Source: Demequinaceae bacterium
GTDB taxonomy: Bacteria > Actinomycetota > Actinomycetes > Actinomycetales > Demequinaceae
Assembly: GCA_965250005.1 (NCBI GenBank)
Contig: OZ252279.1
Span: 1,230,001 to 1,262,000 of the forward strand
Direction: 5' to 3'
DNA: 32,000 bases
Part shown: positions 28,163 to 32,000 of the stretch, piece after piece
Layout of the letters: each line of letters starts with the position of its first letter
Position numbering within the stretch: the stretch's first letter is position 1
The notes under the pieces: generated by a model
What the model was told of the DNA's origin: nothing
Database searches by the model: none
What the model saw: only the letters and a program-made list of their open reading frames with translations
Position numbers and translations under genes: made by a program

Positions 28163-29325
28163 AACAGGAGTGACTTGCGGCGAATCACATCTTCGTCCAG
28201 CCGCGCAACCGCAACGCGGTGATTCGCCTCAGCAGCGTTGTCGACAAGCCGATCGTCCTCGAGGGCGCGACCCAAAGCGTCCGCGATCCCCGCCACATCG
28301 TCCGCTGCCACGATCATGCCGGTGGTGCCATGCACCACCCACTCGTCGGCGCAGGAGGTCCCCGTCTGAATCGGGAAACAGCCAACGACCATCGCTTCGA
28401 GCAGCGAGGTGCTGATGCCGTCCGAAAGGGAGATCCCCACGTACGCCCTGGCACGCGCGAAGAGCCCCATCATTTTCTGGTGGCTCAACGCCTTCTTGCG
28501 GTGCGCTGTGATATCGAGTCCGGTGCGCGATGCCACCTTGGTCGCGAGTCGCCTCGTCTTCGCATTCGCAGAGTACAGAACGATCTGGAACCCCGCGAGT
28601 GACGCGGCGACGCGTTCGACCGCTTGGAGGGCTATCGACGCCCGGCCAACCCATCCCTCGTACCCCTTAATCAAGATAACTTTCCTCGAGGAAGGTGGTG
28701 TAGACGCGCGCGCCAACTGTTCGGCGCTGAAACCGCCCGCGTTGGGAGATACCTCGAACGCATGTCCGGCGAAGCCAAACTCCATCGCCAGGCCAACGTC
28801 TCGACTGCATTCCGCCGAATAGAATTTCGCGGCTCGCATGAGCGCCGAAATGCGGCGCTCATGCCGCGGGTACTGACGAAACCAGTAGATGTCGCTTCCC
28901 CAATTTGTCGCGATGAGCGGCGGCCATGCTTGCGTCCGGCCTGCGTAGGCGCGCTCGGCAATATAGCCCGCGTGGTTGAGCTCGAGAGCGTGGACGTAGT
29001 CCGGGGCCACTCGACTCACGATGCGACGAAGCAGTGCGCCTCTGAGCCTGTCACCGAACAAAACATCCGCGCCCCATAGCGGAATCGACAGGAGCCCACG
29101 AAATGGGGCGATGCGGATCATTGCAGCGTTCTCCGGCGCTGCGATGAGCGCTCGGAGCCGCGGATGCACCGCACGATTCGGGGTCGACGGGAACAGCAAG
29201 AAGTCCACTGGTTGATTGCGAAACTGCTCAACCCAGCGGGCACTATGGATACTGTCGACCATGCACACGAGCACTACTTGAGTCCGGGAAGGCCCGCTCG
29301 CCCCGGCTCTGGGCTGGTCAGTCAT
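28126..29325 (-). CDS. Glycosyltransferase (GT4-like)
   Basis: VVLVCMVDSIHSARWVEQFRNQPVDFLLFPS, GSDIYWFRQYPRHERR, ARAYVGISLSDGISTSLLEAMVVGCFPIQTGTSCADEWV. Confidence 0.82.
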   Translation of the reverse strand: MTDQPRAGASGPSRTQVVLVCMVDSIHSARWVEQFRNQPVDFLLFPSTPNRAVHPRLRALIAAPENAAMIRIAPFRGLLSIPLWGADVLFGDRLRGALLRRIVSRVAPDYVHALELNHAGYIAERAYAGRTQAWPPLIATNWGSDIYWFRQYPRHERRISALMRAAKFYSAECSRDVGLAMEFGFAGHAFEVSPNAGGFSAEQLARASTPPSSRKVILIKGYEGWVGRASIALQAVERVAASLAGFQIVLYSANAKTRRLATKVASRTGLDITAHRKKALSHQKMMGLFARARAYVGISLSDGISTSLLEAMVVGCFPIQTGTSCADEWVVHGTTGMIVAADDVAGIADALGRALEDDRLVDNAAEANHRVAVARLDEDVIRRKSLLFYGLSPSDISSA

Positions 29326-29379
29326 CTAGCGGACTTGCACACGCGGAGCGGACCATGATTCATGGTAGCCCACACGGAT

Positions 29380-29742
29380 CTACCGCTTCTTGGGCTTGCT
29401 CTCGCGACCCTGCGCGTCTAGTTCTAGCAGTGCCAGTCGCTCGGTGAGAATCCTGAGCCGATCCTCAAGACGCGTCAATTCTCCGGAGTGCTGCACGCTG
29501 ACGAGGAACAGAACTGCGATCCCGCCAAAGAAGACAATGTTAAGCGGAATCGCCACCCCAGCTAGCTCAGCGACCGTCGCGAGCGCTCCGGGGAAGATCC
29601 CGAATCCGAGTGCCACAAGCGAAGCTGCAATCCACCATGCAGCGTGGCGCTCGCGCATCCGCCCACGTCGCAGCAAAACCACAACCGCGATCAGGATTGC
29701 CGCCGGTGCCGCGATCCCAAGAATGTAGGACGTCGTTGTCAT
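29380..29742 (-). CDS. DUF2304 membrane protein
   Basis: 120 aa; IAVVVLLRRGRMRERHAAWWIAASLVALGFGIFPGALATVAELAGVAIPLNIVFFGGIAVLFLVSVQHSGELTRLEDRLRILTERLALLE; adjacent to GT2 as is typical. Confidence 0.85.
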   Translation of the reverse strand: MTTTSYILGIAAPAAILIAVVVLLRRGRMRERHAAWWIAASLVALGFGIFPGALATVAELAGVAIPLNIVFFGGIAVLFLVSVQHSGELTRLEDRLRILTERLALLELDAQGRESKPKKR

Positions 29743-29755
29743 CAGGACTCTTCTT

Positions 29756-30490
29756 TCAATAGGACGACGGCGGGCGAGAAAGAGCGAACCCAAGCGCGAG
29801 TACCACTCTTGCGAGGTAGAAAGCCGCTTGCAGCGGACTCTGGGACGGCTCGCCCGCTGTTCGTGCGCGCATGGTTGCTGGCACCTGACGCACCGTCAAC
29901 CCAGCACGCACGGCAATCACCAGGGCCTCGACAGTATCGCCAAGGTACTCAGCGGGATAGTGGTCGGCAAACACCGCGATGGCGCGCGCATTCGACGCGC
30001 GGAAACCGGACGTCGTGTCAGTCAGGCGCGTTCCGGCCGTGCGGCTAAGCACCACAGCGAGCAACCGCATGGCCCACCAGCGTGGCCCACGAACATGGTA
30101 CTCGCCTTCTCCCGCGAACCGAGCGCCGATGACCACGTCGGCCGAATCAAGCCCCTCCAACAACGCAGGGACGCCCGCAGGGTCGTGCTGGCCGTCCGCG
30201 TCGACTTGGACGGCAACGTCATAGTTCTTCGCGAGGGCGTACTTGAAGCCCACACGCATGGCACCGCCAACGCCGAGGTTGTATGGCAACGACGCCACAA
30301 GCGCGCCGGCGCTGCGTGCCACGCCCGCCGTGTCGTCACTCGATCCATCGTCCACGACGAGCACTCCAGCGCGCGGTAGTTCGGCGCGGACCTCACGAAC
30401 AACGGCGCCGACAGAGGCGGCTTCGTTGAACGCGGGAATCACGACCAGCAGGCCCTCACTGGCGGTCGACGCGCTTCGACTTGAGCTCAT
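29756..30490 (-). CDS. Family 2 glycosyltransferase (polyprenyl-phosphate/dolichyl-phosphate mannose synthase-like)
   Basis: VVIPAFNEAASVGAVVREV, VLVVDDGSSDDTAGVAR, GVGGAMRVGFKYALAKNYDVAVQVDADGQHDP, DVVIGARF, DTTSGFRASN. Confidence 0.93.
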   Translation of the reverse strand: MSSSRSASTASEGLLVVIPAFNEAASVGAVVREVRAELPRAGVLVVDDGSSDDTAGVARSAGALVASLPYNLGVGGAMRVGFKYALAKNYDVAVQVDADGQHDPAGVPALLEGLDSADVVIGARFAGEGEYHVRGPRWWAMRLLAVVLSRTAGTRLTDTTSGFRASNARAIAVFADHYPAEYLGDTVEALVIAVRAGLTVRQVPATMRARTAGEPSQSPLQAAFYLARVVLALGFALSRPPSSY

Positions 30491-30558
30491 GACTCAGAAT
30501 TCTAGTGGTGCCGCCCCCGTGGCGAAGGCCAACGAATATACTGGGCGCGTTCGAAAAA

Positions 30559-30567
30559 GGGGGGGGG
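30559..30567 (+). repeat. G9 homopolymer (preceded by A5) 9 nt upstream of the capF-like ATG
   Basis: Direct reading: cgcgttcgAAAAAGGGGGGGGGagccatcaaATG. Confidence 0.85.
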
Positions 30568-30576
30568 AGCCATCAA

Positions 30577-31665
30577 ATGACGCAGGTCGCGTTGACTGGG
30601 GATGGCGGATTCCTTCAGTGGCACACGCGGTGCTCCGCGCTTGCCTCGGGGCTCGACACGACAGCCACTTCCTTTGGAGAAGATTTCACAGAGTCGCGCG
30701 CGCTCAGCGCGATCGCCGGCGCATCAAGGCTGGTTCACATCGCCGGAGTTGACCAAACCGCAGGTGAGGCGGAGCGCGGCCCGGCCACCTTGCTCGCGGC
30801 TCTGGTCGGGAGCGCATTGGAGCACTCCGAGAACCCCCCGCCCCTTGTCGTCTTCGCTCGGTCCGTGAATGCTGACGGCCACTCAGTACTCGGTGCTACC
30901 GCGGACGACGCCGCCGCCATCCTGTCCGCTGCGGCGGACCGCTCGGGCGCAGGCTTTGTCGATGTTCCGCTGCCCAACGTGTTCGGCGAACACGGCACAC
31001 CCACCTCCGACTCGATGGTTTCCGCCCTCTGCCACCAGTTGGCGACCGGTGGCGATCCCAAGTTCAAGGTTGATCGAGAAATCACCTTGCTTCACGCCCA
31101 GGACGCAGCAGATGTACTGCTGGGCAACACCGCGACGCCAGATCCGTTTGAGACGCGCACAACAACCTTCGAAGTCTTAACTTTGCTTTCGGAAACTGCT
31201 GACGCAATCAATGCCGGCGACATGCCAATGACGACCTCGGAGTTCTCTCGGAACCTATTCCACACCTACGCTTCACTTGCCTACGAACTGGCGCCCACCA
31301 GTGCGCTTGAGAGACACTCGGACGCGCGCGGCTCACTCGTCGAACTCGTGCGCACGCACGGCGGAGCCAGCCAAACGTCGTTCTCCTCAACAGCGCCGGG
31401 CGAGTCTCGGGCGCGCCACTTTCACCGCCGGCGCATCGAGCGAATCGTTCCACTCAGCGGCACCGCAGTGATCTCGCTGCGCAAGCTGTTCACCGACCGC
31501 ATTACTGAGATTGTTGTGGATGCCGCGAAGCCCGTCGCGGTGCACATCCCGACCATGTGGGTGCACGACATCGTGAATCGCGGCCGGGAGGACTTCCTGC
31601 TCGCCTACTGGACCGATCGCCACTTTGACTCTTCTTCCGTCGACGCCTTCCCGGCCGAGGTATAG
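30577..31665 (+). CDS. CapF/WbjC/FnlB-like bifunctional SDR plus C-terminal cupin (capsular polysaccharide biosynthesis) protein
   Basis: ATG 30577 MTQVALTGDGGFLQWHTRCSAL; PLPNVFGEHG; C-terminal RGSLVELVRTHGGASQTSFSSTAPGESRARHFHRRRIERIVPLSGTAVISLR...VHIPTMWVHDIVNRGREDFLLAYWTDRHFD matches the CapF-type cupin pattern. Confidence 0.78.
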   Translation: MTQVALTGDGGFLQWHTRCSALASGLDTTATSFGEDFTESRALSAIAGASRLVHIAGVDQTAGEAERGPATLLAALVGSALEHSENPPPLVVFARSVNADGHSVLGATADDAAAILSAAADRSGAGFVDVPLPNVFGEHGTPTSDSMVSALCHQLATGGDPKFKVDREITLLHAQDAADVLLGNTATPDPFETRTTTFEVLTLLSETADAINAGDMPMTTSEFSRNLFHTYASLAYELAPTSALERHSDARGSLVELVRTHGGASQTSFSSTAPGESRARHFHRRRIERIVPLSGTAVISLRKLFTDRITEIVVDAAKPVAVHIPTMWVHDIVNRGREDFLLAYWTDRHFDSSSVDAFPAEV

Positions 31666-31674
31666 GACCACATC

Positions 31675-32000
31675 ATGCGCATTCTCTTCATTCACGAAGT
31701 GAACTATCTCAACAAGGTGATCTTCGAGATGCACGAGTTCCCGGAACTGCTCGCTCTTGCCGGTCACGAGGTTTCGTTCTTCCACTATCCCGAACGGCCT
31801 GACCGACGACGCGTGTCGCTACGCGCGCGGCACGAGCCCATTCCTGGACGGGTGCACCCGGAGGCGAGCATTCGCTTGATCACGGCGCCCACGTTTGGCG
31901 GGCATGCGATGGAGCGCTACGTCGCGCCATTGCTCGTACTGCCGACACTCTCCCGGGAAATTCACAAAGGACGGTACGACGCGATCGTGCTCTACGCCGT
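31675..32000 (+). CDS. Glycosyltransferase N-terminal part (GT4-like), truncated by window edge
   Basis: Hand translation: MRILFIHEVNYLNKVIFEMHEFPELLALAGHEVSFFHYPERPDRRRVSLRARHEPIPGRVHPEASIRLITAPTFGGHAMERYVAPLLVLPTLSREIHKGRYDAIVLYA. Confidence 0.7.
   Translation, partial: MRILFIHEVNYLNKVIFEMHEFPELLALAGHEVSFFHYPERPDRRRVSLRARHEPIPGRVHPEASIRLITAPTFGGHAMERYVAPLLVLPTLSREIHKGRYDAIVLYA

Noticed and set aside
1-32000. CRISPR arrays, tRNA/rRNA genes, transposases, integrases, restriction or other defence genes, biosynthetic megasynthases
   Set aside because: Looked for spaced direct repeats, T-loop GGTTCGAxxCC-like signatures, DDE/integrase motifs and helicase/nuclease motifs; nothing convincing was found by eye. 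A tRNAscan-SE/Infernal run would be decisive.

Overview
High-GC window, most likely actinobacterial. From left to right it contains: a partial DUF3048-type lipoprotein; menaquinone genes (menE, menA, DUF4229 partner); a GT4 glycosyltransferase; a System II cytochrome c maturation block (ccsB/resC, resB, ccdA, TlpA-like thioredoxin, histidine phosphatase) plus a glutaredoxin-like protein; an HAD-IB phosphatase; a 32-aa bS22/AURKAIP1-like ribosomal peptide; a BldC-like HTH protein divergent from trkH-trkA; a membrane protein and a Trp/Tyr-rich lipoprotein; a DUF3179 lipoprotein; a cell-surface glycan cluster with three to four glycosyltransferases and a TagGH/Wzm-Wzt-like ABC exporter; dcd; and a second exopolysaccharide-type cluster (FrhB-like protein, pyruvyl transferase, PglK-like ABC transporter, glycosyltransferases, DUF2304, CapF-like SDR-cupin protein, start of another glycosyltransferase). 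I found no tRNA, CRISPR array, transposase or prophage. I also found no convincing brand-new system. The best leads are (1) a glycosyltransferase split across two frames, overlapping exactly at an in-phase G GGT TTT heptamer that fits the -1 slippery consensus; (2) an A5G9 homopolymer in the ribosome-binding region of the capF-like gene, a possible phase-variation tract; (3) a CapF-like protein whose SDR motifs look degenerate while its cupin domain looks conserved; and (4) a GT4 protein with an unexplained C-terminal domain of about 200 aa. All calls are by eye; no database search was run.
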